Source: Polyangiales bacterium
GTDB lineage: Bacteria > Myxococcota_A > Polyangia > Polyangiales > CBDCBC01
Length of the DNA: 64,000 nt
Direction of reading: 5' to 3'
Assembly (NCBI GenBank): GCA_965214225.1
Contig: OZ243942.1
Span: forward strand, 1,416,298-1,480,297
Below the pieces are notes generated by a model that saw only the letters and a list, made by a program, of their open reading frames with translations, made no database searches and was not told the origin of the DNA. Position 1 is the first letter of the stretch, and every line of letters begins with the position of its first letter. The position numbers were made by a program, and so were the translations under genes. This document shows, piece by piece, positions 26,971 through 35,598 of the stretch.

Positions 26971-27160
26971 CGCCACCCCCGGCCGGCCACCCCGGTCACT
27001 CCGGCCGTCCAAACTGCGTCGGCCACACGGCTTAGCCGGTTCATCCCCACCCCTAAAGATCAGGCGCAATCACCCTGAGCCGCCACCGAGCACCATCCAC
27101 GCCGCAGATCACGCCGCTCCGGCGCCCCCTAAAGCCAAAGGTGCTCTCGCTAGAGAGCGT

Positions 27161-27189
27161 GTGGCACACCCGCTCGGGTTCAGTATACT
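27161..27189 (+). promoter_or_regulatory. possible sigma70-type promoter of tRNA-Leu(CAA)
   Basis: GTGGCA (27161-27166), a 17-bp spacer, then TATACT (27184-27189), ending 12 nt before the tRNA 5' end. This is a pattern match only. Confidence 0.3.
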
Positions 27190-27201
27190 GAGCCGACCAT
27201 G

Positions 27202-27285
27202 GGCCGAGTGGCGGAATTGGCAGACGCGCCGGATTCAAAATCCGGTGCCCGCAAGGGCGTGTCGGTTCGACCCCGACCTCGGCTA
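27202..27285 (+). tRNA. tRNA-Leu (anticodon CAA)
   Basis: Class II cloverleaf. The acceptor is GGCCGAG/CTCGGCT (G1-U72 wobble) and the anticodon stem CCGGA/TCCGG carries the loop TTCAAAA. The long variable arm is TGCCCGCAAGGGCGT and the T arm is GTCGG-TTCGACC-CCGAC. Confidence 0.9.
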
Positions 27286-27376
27286 CCGCAGTATATCCAC
27301 TGGCTCTGCTCACCCAATGCATGCTCGCCCACGGCATGCACGCAAGGAGCGTCAGGCTACATTGAAAGGAAATGAA

Positions 27377-27709
27377 ATGAGCGACAATAAGACCAAGCTA
27401 GGCGCGTTCTTAGAGGAACACAACATCCACCCCAAGAGGTTGCAAAGCGCTTCCAAGCATCTAGAGGCGCTTCGACCAGAAGACCGCGCACTTCGGCTCG
27501 CAAAGCGTCAAAGCGGGGATGGGGACGCAAACAAGGATTCAAGCGACACCAAGCCGCGGTCGGGACGGCCTGTTAACACCCCTACCCTGACACGCGCCCT
27601 CGAGGGCAAGTCAACCAGCGGGGCGGCAAAAACTCGCATCTTGCGCGCCGTCAATCACCTGCTCGCGCAGCGAAAGAAGGAGCCTGTCGAACTGCGCGCT
27701 CTTTGGTAG
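27377..27709 (+). CDS. hypothetical small basic protein
   Basis: ATG at 27377 preceded by AAGGAAATGAA. The 110-aa product begins MSDNKTKLGAFLEEHNIHPKRL. The track ORF 26942.. is an over-extension through the repeat and the tRNA. Confidence 0.5.
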   Translation: MSDNKTKLGAFLEEHNIHPKRLQSASKHLEALRPEDRALRLAKRQSGDGDANKDSSDTKPRSGRPVNTPTLTRALEGKSTSGAAKTRILRAVNHLLAQRKKEPVELRALW

Positions 27710-27970
27710 GCTCCGCTGCAGAACTCGTTATACGATGTTATCAGCTCTTCTTTAGCGTTAGCTTTCACGAGCGCGCGGTAGGGCGGCCAGCGGTTCGCTG
27801 GACGTGTCAATGCACTGTCACGCGTGCGCCATCGCCCCTCATGCCGTGACAACGCGATCTGTCGTTTGGCAAGTTGCTAGCCGTTGATGACGTATTCGTC
27901 CTTGACTTGAAGCGCGTTTCATTTTGAGATCAGTATAGATGTGGAGTGACCGCCACATCCCGAGGCGCTA

Positions 27971-28885
27971 TTGGGCTACAACGAGTTCAACGACGAAGAG
28001 GAAGCCACGCTAGCCGTCGCGGGTTCAGGGAAGGCGCGTCCGCGGAAGGCCAGCCACGCCTATCTGATCGTCCTTGCCGGAAGCAACACCGGTGAGATGC
28101 ACCGGTTGGGTCATCAAGCCATTCTGGGAAGAGGCGCAGAAGCTGAAGTACGCATCTTCGACACCAGCGTTTCGCGAGAACATGCGCTCTTCGTCTACCG
28201 CGATGAACAAGTCGCCGTAGAAGATCTGGGGTCGCGCAATGGCACGTTCATCAATGGAGCGCCGGTCAGGCAACGGACACCACTTAGGGACGGAGACCAG
28301 ATCCAGATTGGATCAACAACCATCCTGAAGTTCAGCCATCATGACCACCTTGAAGAGCGCTTCCAACAGCAAATGTATGAACTGGCTCTCCGGGATGGCC
28401 TAACCAAACTCTATAACCGCAAGTTCTTCATGGATAGGCTAAAGCCTGAGTGCGCCTTTCGCACACGGCACGCAGGTCCGCTCGCGCTCATCATGCTCGA
28501 CGTCGACCGCTTCAAGAAGGTGAATGACACCTTTGGACATCAAGCTGGCGACTTCGTTCTAGTCAAGCTCGCGCGGAGCGTCGAACCTGTGTTGCGCGCC
28601 GAAGACACCCTTGCGCGCTACGGAGGCGAGGAGTTCGTAGTCTTGTGCCGCGACACAGCAGAAGAAGCGGCCCTTGCATTGGCTGAACGTATTCGCGAGC
28701 GAATCGCTCGGAGCCGGTTTCAGTTCGAGGGGCGTCTAATCCCAACAACCATTAGCCTTGGGGTCGCTTGCGTTGCTGGAAGCTCCGGTGAACAATCACC
28801 CGAAGCGCTGCTTAGCGCAGCGGACACAGCTCTCTACGCGGCGAAGAATAACGGGCGTAACCGGGTCGAGTCGGTGAGGCTCTAG
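27971..28885 (+). CDS. FHA domain-containing diguanylate cyclase (FHA-GGDEF)
   Basis: The N-terminal FHA is LGRGAEAEVRIFDTSVSREHALF...GSRNGTFINGAPV. The C-terminal GGDEF domain has LTKLYNRKFF, DVDRFKKVNDTFGH and RYGGEEFVVL. It starts at TTG with GAGG upstream. Confidence 0.88.
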   Translation: MGYNEFNDEEEATLAVAGSGKARPRKASHAYLIVLAGSNTGEMHRLGHQAILGRGAEAEVRIFDTSVSREHALFVYRDEQVAVEDLGSRNGTFINGAPVRQRTPLRDGDQIQIGSTTILKFSHHDHLEERFQQQMYELALRDGLTKLYNRKFFMDRLKPECAFRTRHAGPLALIMLDVDRFKKVNDTFGHQAGDFVLVKLARSVEPVLRAEDTLARYGGEEFVVLCRDTAEEAALALAERIRERIARSRFQFEGRLIPTTISLGVACVAGSSGEQSPEALLSAADTALYAAKNNGRNRVESVRL

Positions 28886-28896
28886 ATTCGCGTCCT

Positions 28897-29751
28897 TCAG
28901 CCTTGAGGTGCATACTCAGCCCTTACCGTCTGCGAAAGCAGGCCCTTATGGAGAGCGTGTTGGAAAAGCCGCCTGATGGCTTCCCTTACGTCCGCCTTGT
29001 ACTCGGCCGTATCGCTGTTGGCGTACATGCCGAGGTAGGTATCGACATCTTGTCGCGTGGCTACGAAATCTGTGCGCTCATTCTCTTGCAGGATTGCGTC
29101 GACGACTTCTTCCTGATGGCGTAACCCCCACCCGATGCTCTCTCCGATGAGGCGTGAGATGGCCCGCTGATGCACGTGCTCTAGATCCTTTCGAATCACG
29201 TTGACACCGAGTGGCAGAGGGAGATGCATCTCTTCTTCCCACGCCTGTCCGATATCAACCACTAGGTGGAGCCCCTCCTTCTGGTAAAGAAGACGCCCCT
29301 CATGAATAAGCAGCACAGCATCGACCTTTCCCGACGCAAGCGCTTCGAATGCTGCGCGAAATGGCGCGATAGGAACATCAACGGCTTCGAAGTCAGGGAG
29401 GAGACTGGTGAGCACCAAGTGTGCTGTGGTGCGCCGGCCAGGCGTGCCAACGCGTTTGCCTTCAAGATCAGCAAGCTTTACTGGTTCTCTCGCGACCACT
29501 ACGGGGCCGTAGCCTCTACCGACACTCCCGCCGTGCGGTAGCAACACGTACTGCTCAGTGAGGTATGCGTACTGGTGAAGCGATACGGCACAAACATCGG
29601 GTTTGCCCGTGGCAGCTAGGCGATTGAGCGCCTCGGTATCCTGCTGGTGATGGAGGAACGTGTAGCCCTCGGGATCGATGCGCCCATGGCGCAGGGCCCA
29701 AAACATAAACGAATCGTCCGCGTCAGGACTGTAGTGAAGCGTAACCTCCAT
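28897..29751 (-). CDS. MqnA/MqnD-family (futalosine-pathway menaquinone biosynthesis, MqnD-like) protein
   Basis: MEVTLHYSPDADDSFMFWALRHGRIDPEGYTF...DTEALN resembles the MqnD N-terminus (SPCPNDTF..HG). The start was moved to MEVTL. Confidence 0.7.
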   Translation of the reverse strand: MEVTLHYSPDADDSFMFWALRHGRIDPEGYTFLHHQQDTEALNRLAATGKPDVCAVSLHQYAYLTEQYVLLPHGGSVGRGYGPVVVAREPVKLADLEGKRVGTPGRRTTAHLVLTSLLPDFEAVDVPIAPFRAAFEALASGKVDAVLLIHEGRLLYQKEGLHLVVDIGQAWEEEMHLPLPLGVNVIRKDLEHVHQRAISRLIGESIGWGLRHQEEVVDAILQENERTDFVATRQDVDTYLGMYANSDTAEYKADVREAIRRLFQHALHKGLLSQTVRAEYAPQG

Positions 29752-29759
29752 GCGCTTTG

Positions 29760-31112
29760 CTAAGATCCTGCCACGGTCATGGAAGATACCCGAAAGGTAG
29801 GAACCACAACGGAAGAGCGCTGATCCAAATCGTTGGCAACCGCATCGACACGCTGCCAAAGATCGTCGAAGTTGAGGGAGATTGTGACCTCCGCTACAGG
29901 ATGAGAAAGCTTGCCGTTTTCAATGAGGTACCCGGCGGCTCCGCGGCTAAAGTCCCCCGTCACTGCGTTGAAGCCAAACCCCATCAGGTCGTTGACGTAA
30001 AGCCCGGACGCAGTGCTGGCGATGAGCTCATCGCACGTCATCGCACCTTTTTTCATCACGCAGTTGGAGGAGGAAGGAAACACACCTCCTCCACCGCTGC
30101 GAGACGCACTGGCCGTGCTGACGCGGCCAAGCTTCCTGGCACTGTAGCTGTCCAAGAGGAACGTCTTTAGCACGCCCCGTTCGACAACGACGTTCTTCTG
30201 TGACGTCATACCCTCACCATCGAAGGGGCGCGAACCCATCCCCTGCGTGAGCAGTGGGTCATCAACCAGCGTGATCAGGTCGCTGGCTACGCGCGTTCCT
30301 TCGCGGTCGGCAAGGTAAGTAGAGCGGCGCCACACTGCACTTCCCAGAGCACAACCTAAAAAGGCCGAAATGAGCGCCCTGCCAGCATCCGGCGCAAAGA
30401 CGACCGGACATTCACGTGACGACACCTTTCTAGCTCCGAGCTTCGCGAGGGCTTTCTGGCCTGCCTCCTGCCCTACTGCCTCCGCCGCTCTCAGGTTACT
30501 CAAGTGCCGGGATGCGGTCCAGGCGGAAGCACGTTGATTGACACCATCGGCACCTGTCGCCACTGGCGCGACGGAGAGCGAAGCGTAGGTGCCAGCATGT
30601 GTACCTTCAAAGCCCGTGCTCAGGATCAGTGCCGATGCTGATCTGACTCGTGTGAAAGTCGCTCCTTCACTCTTAGCCACCTGCGAATCAACCTGCAGCG
30701 CTGCAGCTTCGGCTCGCTGCGCGCGATCGAGAGCCTCTTCTACGTTGATCTCACCAACACGCGAATCAAACAGATCCAAGGTAGCGTTCGATGGAGCGAC
30801 CTTGGCCTTACTCGGCTCGCTGTACGGGTCCTTCTCGTTGAGCCTAGATAAGGTCACTGCTGACTCGACCAAGAAATCGAGACCGGCGGAGGTGAGGTCG
30901 CTGGTGACGGACGATGCCGAGCGATGCTCACGGAATACGCGAAGACCAATGCTCTGCGAGCCCGCCTGCTCGACCAGCTCCGTAGAGCCTAGACGCACCT
31001 TCACGCTCAAGTGTTCGCTCTCTCGCACCACAGCTTCCGCTGCGTCGACTCCCGCTTGCGTTGCCTGTGCAACAACCCGTTTACCTAAATCAATGAGTGC
31101 TTCTTGCTTCAT
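29760..31112 (-). CDS. pmbA: PmbA/TldE metalloprotease component
   Basis: A 450-aa TldD/PmbA-fold protein lacking the HExxxH motif, encoded directly downstream of tldD. Confidence 0.85.
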   Translation of the reverse strand: MKQEALIDLGKRVVAQATQAGVDAAEAVVRESEHLSVKVRLGSTELVEQAGSQSIGLRVFREHRSASSVTSDLTSAGLDFLVESAVTLSRLNEKDPYSEPSKAKVAPSNATLDLFDSRVGEINVEEALDRAQRAEAAALQVDSQVAKSEGATFTRVRSASALILSTGFEGTHAGTYASLSVAPVATGADGVNQRASAWTASRHLSNLRAAEAVGQEAGQKALAKLGARKVSSRECPVVFAPDAGRALISAFLGCALGSAVWRRSTYLADREGTRVASDLITLVDDPLLTQGMGSRPFDGEGMTSQKNVVVERGVLKTFLLDSYSARKLGRVSTASASRSGGGGVFPSSSNCVMKKGAMTCDELIASTASGLYVNDLMGFGFNAVTGDFSRGAAGYLIENGKLSHPVAEVTISLNFDDLWQRVDAVANDLDQRSSVVVPTFRVSSMTVAGS

Positions 31113-31127
31113 GCGTTGCTTGCAACT

Positions 31128-31175
31128 CTCAGGTAACTGCTTGCCCCTCAGGTAGCTGCTTGCCCTTCAGTAACT
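31128..31175. repeat. Tandem repeat, 19 bp x2.5 (CTCAGGTAACTGCTTGCCC) spanning the tldD stop codon
   Basis: Read directly. Unit 2 encodes the tldD C-terminal residues and its stop (31148-31150), and unit 1 repeats them including a TGA. Confidence 0.85.
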
Positions 31176-32602
31176 AGGGTGCCTCCCACAGTCATCGACT
31201 CTATCTTCACTGTAGGACATCCTACGCCTACGGGCACCGACTGCCCGTTTTTACCACATGTCCACACGCCGTCAGAACGCTGAAAATCGCACCCTAGCAT
31301 GCCCACTCTGCGCATCACCTCAGGCCCGTTTCCGATCAGATTGACGCCTTTGACAGGCGCAGTGATCTTCCCATCCTCAATCAGGTAGCCCTCCGTGAGG
31401 GAGAAGACGAAGTCGCCGTTGGTAATATCTACTTGACCACCGCCGTAGCGCTTGGCGTAGATGCCTCGACTCACACTCCGGATGATGCTGTCAGGGTCAT
31501 CTTCTCCTGCCAACAAATGGGTGTTGGTCATTCGAGGCATCGGGTGACTTCGAAAGCTCTCGCGCCTACCATGACCATGAACGTTGACGCCAAAGTGTCT
31601 GGCGGATTGCCAATCATGGATGTAGCCGACCAGCTTTCCTCCCTCAATGAGCGTTGTGGCGTCGCCCGCACTGCCCTCGTCGTCCACGTTGATGCTCCCT
31701 CGGGATTCGTCGATCGTAGGGTCATCAACAACTGTGCATAGCGCGCTTGCCACACTCTGACCTAGGCACCCGGAGTAGTTGCTTGTCTTGCGCTTGTTGA
31801 AATCCGCCTCCAGTCCGTGGCCGACCGCTTCATGCAACAAGATGCCGCTGTCCCCTGGACCCAAGACCACGGGCAACTCACCTGCCGGAGCTTCGCGTGC
31901 ATCCAGCATGACCAGAGCTTGTTCGACTGCTTGCTGGGCGTGATCTTCGGGAGATACCTGCTCGAAATACTCCAGACCCAGGCGACCTCCTCCACCGGAG
32001 CTGCCCGCCTGACGCTTGGCGCCATCCTCGACCAACACCCGCACGCCAAACCGAATCAAGGGCTGCTTATCTCGAGCAAACATGCCCTCGCTGTTGGCGA
32101 CAAGAATCTCTCGATACTCTTCGCTAAAGGATGCTTCCACGCGCGTGACTCGCGGATCGCCGGCGCGGGCAGCGCGGTCTGCGCGCGCGAGCAGATCCCG
32201 CTTTAGCTCACCCTCTGCAAGGAAGGCGGAAGCGTCAGGTCTGTAACGCGAAGGAAGCGCGCTCGCCATGAACGCTTTGGGCGTCCGCGAGTTCGTGTCG
32301 GCTACAGCAGCCGCCGTGAGTGCGGCACGACGCATGGCGGCCTCGGAAAGCTCCTCGACGTACGCATAGCCCGTTGCGTCACCCTTAATGACACGCACGC
32401 CAAGACCGAGAGTGCCCCCACGGCTGCTTCGCTTGAGCAGTTCGTCTTCGAAAAGGTAACTGCCGGAAACACCAAACTCGAAAAACAGATCGGCGTAGTC
32501 GCCCCCGCGACTGAGCGCCAGTGCCAGAATCTGAGAGGCCACCACCTCGTCGACTGGATAGGAGCCACCCTGAGCAAAGGGCGCTTGTAGCTCTGCCACC
32601 AT
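31148..32602 (-). CDS. tldD: TldD metalloprotease
   Basis: 484 aa with the zinc motif HEAVGHGLEADF. Confidence 0.92.
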   Translation of the reverse strand: MVAELQAPFAQGGSYPVDEVVASQILALALSRGGDYADLFFEFGVSGSYLFEDELLKRSSRGGTLGLGVRVIKGDATGYAYVEELSEAAMRRAALTAAAVADTNSRTPKAFMASALPSRYRPDASAFLAEGELKRDLLARADRAARAGDPRVTRVEASFSEEYREILVANSEGMFARDKQPLIRFGVRVLVEDGAKRQAGSSGGGGRLGLEYFEQVSPEDHAQQAVEQALVMLDAREAPAGELPVVLGPGDSGILLHEAVGHGLEADFNKRKTSNYSGCLGQSVASALCTVVDDPTIDESRGSINVDDEGSAGDATTLIEGGKLVGYIHDWQSARHFGVNVHGHGRRESFRSHPMPRMTNTHLLAGEDDPDSIIRSVSRGIYAKRYGGGQVDITNGDFVFSLTEGYLIEDGKITAPVKGVNLIGNGPEVMRRVGMLGCDFQRSDGVWTCGKNGQSVPVGVGCPTVKIESMTVGGTLVTEGQAAT

Positions 32603-32730
32603 GCTTCTAATCTAGCGCTCACTGGCTGCATTGTCAGGTTTGTCATCAGAATTTGAAATGGCCTGCCTCGCGCCGGTATCCAGGAGCTGGTATCCAGGGG
32701 CCGGTAGAAACCGGAACCAAGATTTGCCGG

Positions 32731-33804
32731 CTAGAGATTCCCCCGCAGAACACGCGTCTGCTGGATGTGCACCTGCTTTCGTGCCCTCAAGCGCATGTCA
32801 TCGCTCAAGCGCATGTCATTGCTCGCGGGTTTGACTCTCGCGGGTTTCACTACGGCAGCAGGGCGAGCGGTATCGAACCCGAATGCCGATGCGGAAACAC
32901 GCTCACTGGTAGCGAAATGATCCGGCGGCTCTACATGTGGCCTTCTTAGCCCTCGACCGCCCAACTCGCGCCCACCTTCCGCTGCAGGCGCTTCACGGCG
33001 CTGCTCGTCCATCCGGCGCATGCTCTCGATAAGAATCTCCTGGTTACTTCTGGTGATGCCGCACGCCTCCGATGAGGAGAGCCGTTGACCAAACCGAAAG
33101 CGGAAGGAGCCTTCACGCCAACCCAGCATGTGATCGACGGCAGCTTCAGCCTTGCTCGTGCCACACCTAGCTGCCGTCATGGCGCCTTGACGAAATTCGA
33201 TGCTTCCGTGCTGAAACTGAGTGGCTTTGCAGAGATTCTGGGCGGTCTTGTAGAAACTTGGGGGGGCCTTGCAGAGGTAGAGCGTTCCGGTCTTTCGGCT
33301 GCACTCCAACATCTGCACCAAATCGCAGAGGTTCATCTCCGAGAGCAAGCCGGAGAGGCGCGATCTCCGGCGTCGCTCCAGCGCGAGCGCGATGCGTGTC
33401 AGCAGTTCGCTCAGAAAGATAGGCTTCCGAACGTAGTCATCAATTTCGCCTTCGACCTCACCCCAATGTTCATTGGCGTACTGATCATCTAGAAGGAGAA
33501 TCAACAGCCCGCACGGGTCGCCGGTAAAGTAGCGCACGCGCTGCAGAAATGCGGACGGCTTTCCTTCGATTAAAGAGGCATCGCACACCACCGCATCAGC
33601 TCGCGCGGATGCCTCAACGCAGTACGCGTCAACAGTGCCGCACACCTCCACTGCGTATCCGGCTTGACGCAGTCCGACAGTGGCAATGCGCGACGCGTGG
33701 CCGTCAGCCTGGAGCAGTAACAGCCTCAACTGTCGATTCTCCCGCAGCTGATTTGGAGCTAGGTCTAGTTTTTCCACCCGCAGTGTCGTGCTCTCTCTGT
33801 TCAT
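32731..33804 (-). CDS. response-regulator receiver + DUF4388-like domain protein
   Basis: The receiver region is LRLLLLQADG...AVVCDASL...DDYVRKP. It is followed by LSEMNLCDLVQMLECSRKTGTLYL...GSIEFRQGAMTAA (DUF4388-like) and a low-complexity tail containing the repeats at 32786-32851. The start is uncertain (ATG 33804 or TTG 33729). Confidence 0.7.
   Translation of the reverse strand: MNRESTTLRVEKLDLAPNQLRENRQLRLLLLQADGHASRIATVGLRQAGYAVEVCGTVDAYCVEASARADAVVCDASLIEGKPSAFLQRVRYFTGDPCGLLILLLDDQYANEHWGEVEGEIDDYVRKPIFLSELLTRIALALERRRRSRLSGLLSEMNLCDLVQMLECSRKTGTLYLCKAPPSFYKTAQNLCKATQFQHGSIEFRQGAMTAARCGTSKAEAAVDHMLGWREGSFRFRFGQRLSSSEACGITRSNQEILIESMRRMDEQRREAPAAEGGRELGGRGLRRPHVEPPDHFATSERVSASAFGFDTARPAAVVKPARVKPASNDMRLSDDMRLRARKQVHIQQTRVLRGNL
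32786..32851. repeat. Two abutting in-frame tandem repeats: 18 bp x2 (CTCAAGCGCATGTCATCG) and 15 bp x2 (CTCGCGGGTTTGACT)
   Basis: Read directly. They encode VKPARVKPA and DMRLSDDMRL in the C-terminal tail of the response regulator. Confidence 0.85.
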
Positions 33805-34891
33805 CGGGTCCCCAATCGAGCGCCAAATGTACCAGACGTTCGACCACCTGTTCAAACCTCAAGCCTTCATCAAGCCAAAGTCGCGGATACATGCTGATCG
33901 GAGTGAAGCCGGGGATGGTGTTGATCTCATTAATCCAGAACGTGGTTGTATCCCCCGGATCGACGAAGAAGTCGACTCTCGCGAGGCCCCGGCACTTCAT
34001 TAGCTGGAACACCGTTGCAGCGCACTTACAAATAGCTGCTGCGACGTGAGCCGGAAGGTCTGCTGGAGTGACCAGACTTGAAGAAGATGCCAGGTACTTG
34101 TCCTCGTAGCTGTAGAAGTCTGCGCTTGGCAGAATCTCCCCAGGCTGACTTACGCGCGGCTCGGCGTTACCCAAGATGGCCACCTCAACTTCGCGCGCGC
34201 CTTCAACAGAGCGCTCGATTACCAACTGATGGTCGTACGCAAACGCCGATGACGCGGCTGATGACAACGCATTTTTACCTATGCATTTGCTAATGCCGAT
34301 GCTCGATCCCATGCGGGAAGGCTTGACGAAACAAGGAAAACCGAGCTGCTGCTCGACTAGCAACGTCACGTGTTCTGGTTCTTGATCCCACTGCCGCTTC
34401 GAGACCTTCAGATAGTCGACCTGAGGGAGCTCATGCGCCCGCACGATGTCCTTTGCGATGCTCTTGTCAAAGCATGCTGCCGAAGCCGCCACACCACTGC
34501 CGACGCACGGAATACCTGCCAACTGACACACAGCTTGCAGCGTTCCATCCTCCCCTCCCGGCCCATGTACAAGAGGAAACAGAACATCTGCTTTGAGCGG
34601 ACGGTGGGCTGCTAGGCCGCACACTATGAAGCCTCTGCCAGGCGCCAGGAACACTTCATCCGCTTCGGGTAAGCTCTCGGGGATGTCACTATAAGCGGGC
34701 GCGTGACATAGGAGGTGCTCTACTGCAGATCCGGCAAACCACCTCCCGCTAGGGGATACGGCGACGGGATGGACACACATGGTAGGCTTGAGTGACGCGA
34801 GCGCCTTGTACACGGCTTGAGCAGACGTGAACGAAACGCGACGCTCGGCCGAGCTGCCACCAAAAACCAGAAGAACATGCACGCTAGCCAT
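33704..34891 (-). CDS. ddl: D-alanine--D-alanine ligase
   Basis: VLLVFGGSSAERRVS at the N-terminus, an ATP-grasp region, and EINTIPGFT near the C-terminus. The start was moved to MASVHV. The C-terminal tail extends beyond the usual end of the family. Confidence 0.92.
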   Translation of the reverse strand: MASVHVLLVFGGSSAERRVSFTSAQAVYKALASLKPTMCVHPVAVSPSGRWFAGSAVEHLLCHAPAYSDIPESLPEADEVFLAPGRGFIVCGLAAHRPLKADVLFPLVHGPGGEDGTLQAVCQLAGIPCVGSGVAASAACFDKSIAKDIVRAHELPQVDYLKVSKRQWDQEPEHVTLLVEQQLGFPCFVKPSRMGSSIGISKCIGKNALSSAASSAFAYDHQLVIERSVEGAREVEVAILGNAEPRVSQPGEILPSADFYSYEDKYLASSSSLVTPADLPAHVAAAICKCAATVFQLMKCRGLARVDFFVDPGDTTTFWINEINTIPGFTPISMYPRLWLDEGLRFEQVVERLVHLALDWGPDEQREHDTAGGKTRPSSKSAAGESTVEAVTAPG

Positions 34892-35007
34892 CGGCAATCC
34901 CGCAGATCCAACATCGCGGCCTAGAGGAGAGGCGGAGTGGAGCGCAGCTAACGCCCTTCTGCGCACACTTCTTGACCGACAACAGTCCACTCAACTAGGC
35001 TCGGACG

Positions 35008-35418
35008 ATGCGTTGGATCTGGCGTTGTGTCAACGTTATGTGCACTGTCCTTAGCGTGAGCGCCTGCGAGCGCGGCGAAGCCATTGAGGTTCGTCGTCTC
35101 ACTCCGCCTGCAGGCCATGTGCGTGGCGGGCAGACGGTGAAAGTCATCGGCCGCAACCTACGCAAGGAGCTCGGCTACACTGTCTTCTTTGGCCCCCGCG
35201 AGGCCGACGCAGTGACGATCATTGATGACAAAACGTTGGCCGTCACGACGCCCCGCTACATGGACCCAGGCCCTGTAGACGTGTTGATCACATCAGACGG
35301 AGGCACAGCGTTCCGCATTCGAAACGGCTTCGTGTTCCAGGATGCAGGCGGGAACGTCATGAAGCAGGTCGGCACGCCCCAGCGTCAAGATAAGCCTGGC
35401 AGTCAGCTGGCTTACTAG
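35008..35418 (+). CDS. IPT/TIG domain lipoprotein
   Basis: Signal/lipobox-like N-terminus (VLSVSAC). It continues VRRLTPPAGHVRGGQTVKVIGRNL...VFFGPREA...VTTP...GPVDVLI, which is typical of IPT/TIG domains. Confidence 0.65.
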   Translation: MRWIWRCVNVMCTVLSVSACERGEAIEVRRLTPPAGHVRGGQTVKVIGRNLRKELGYTVFFGPREADAVTIIDDKTLAVTTPRYMDPGPVDVLITSDGGTAFRIRNGFVFQDAGGNVMKQVGTPQRQDKPGSQLAY

Positions 35419-35462
35419 ACCGCCTGCTGACTAGGCCGCCTGCTGACTAGGCCGCCTGCTGA
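35415..35462. repeat. Tandem repeat, 16 bp x3 (CTAGRCCGCCTGCTGA) beginning at the stop codon
   Basis: Read directly. The TAG stop (35416-35418) of the IPT/TIG gene lies in unit 1, and the TAG recurs in each unit. Confidence 0.9.
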
Positions 35463-35598
35463 CTGGTTCAGCTTGTATTCGCTACCTTCGATCGGACAAT
35501 ACGCCTAGCAGGATGCACTGAGTCAAGACCCTGCTCCAACATGGCAACCATTTCCAAGCCGCAGCGTTGGCGCGAAGCCCGCCTCACCAGGGCGGTAA

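Noticed and set aside
27161-27178. Sigma-54 promoter, because of TGGCAC at 27162-27167 upstream of the tRNA.
   Set aside because: The -12 element (TTGCW) is not present at the required spacing (the sequence is ACCCGCTCGG). A sigma70-like -35/-10 reading fits better and is itself only weakly supported.
26504-27709. Integrative element or genomic island at tRNA-Leu(CAA).
   Set aside because: There is no integrase, excisionase or direct repeat of the tRNA 3' end downstream. The flanking genes are ordinary signalling genes, and I can see no compositional break.
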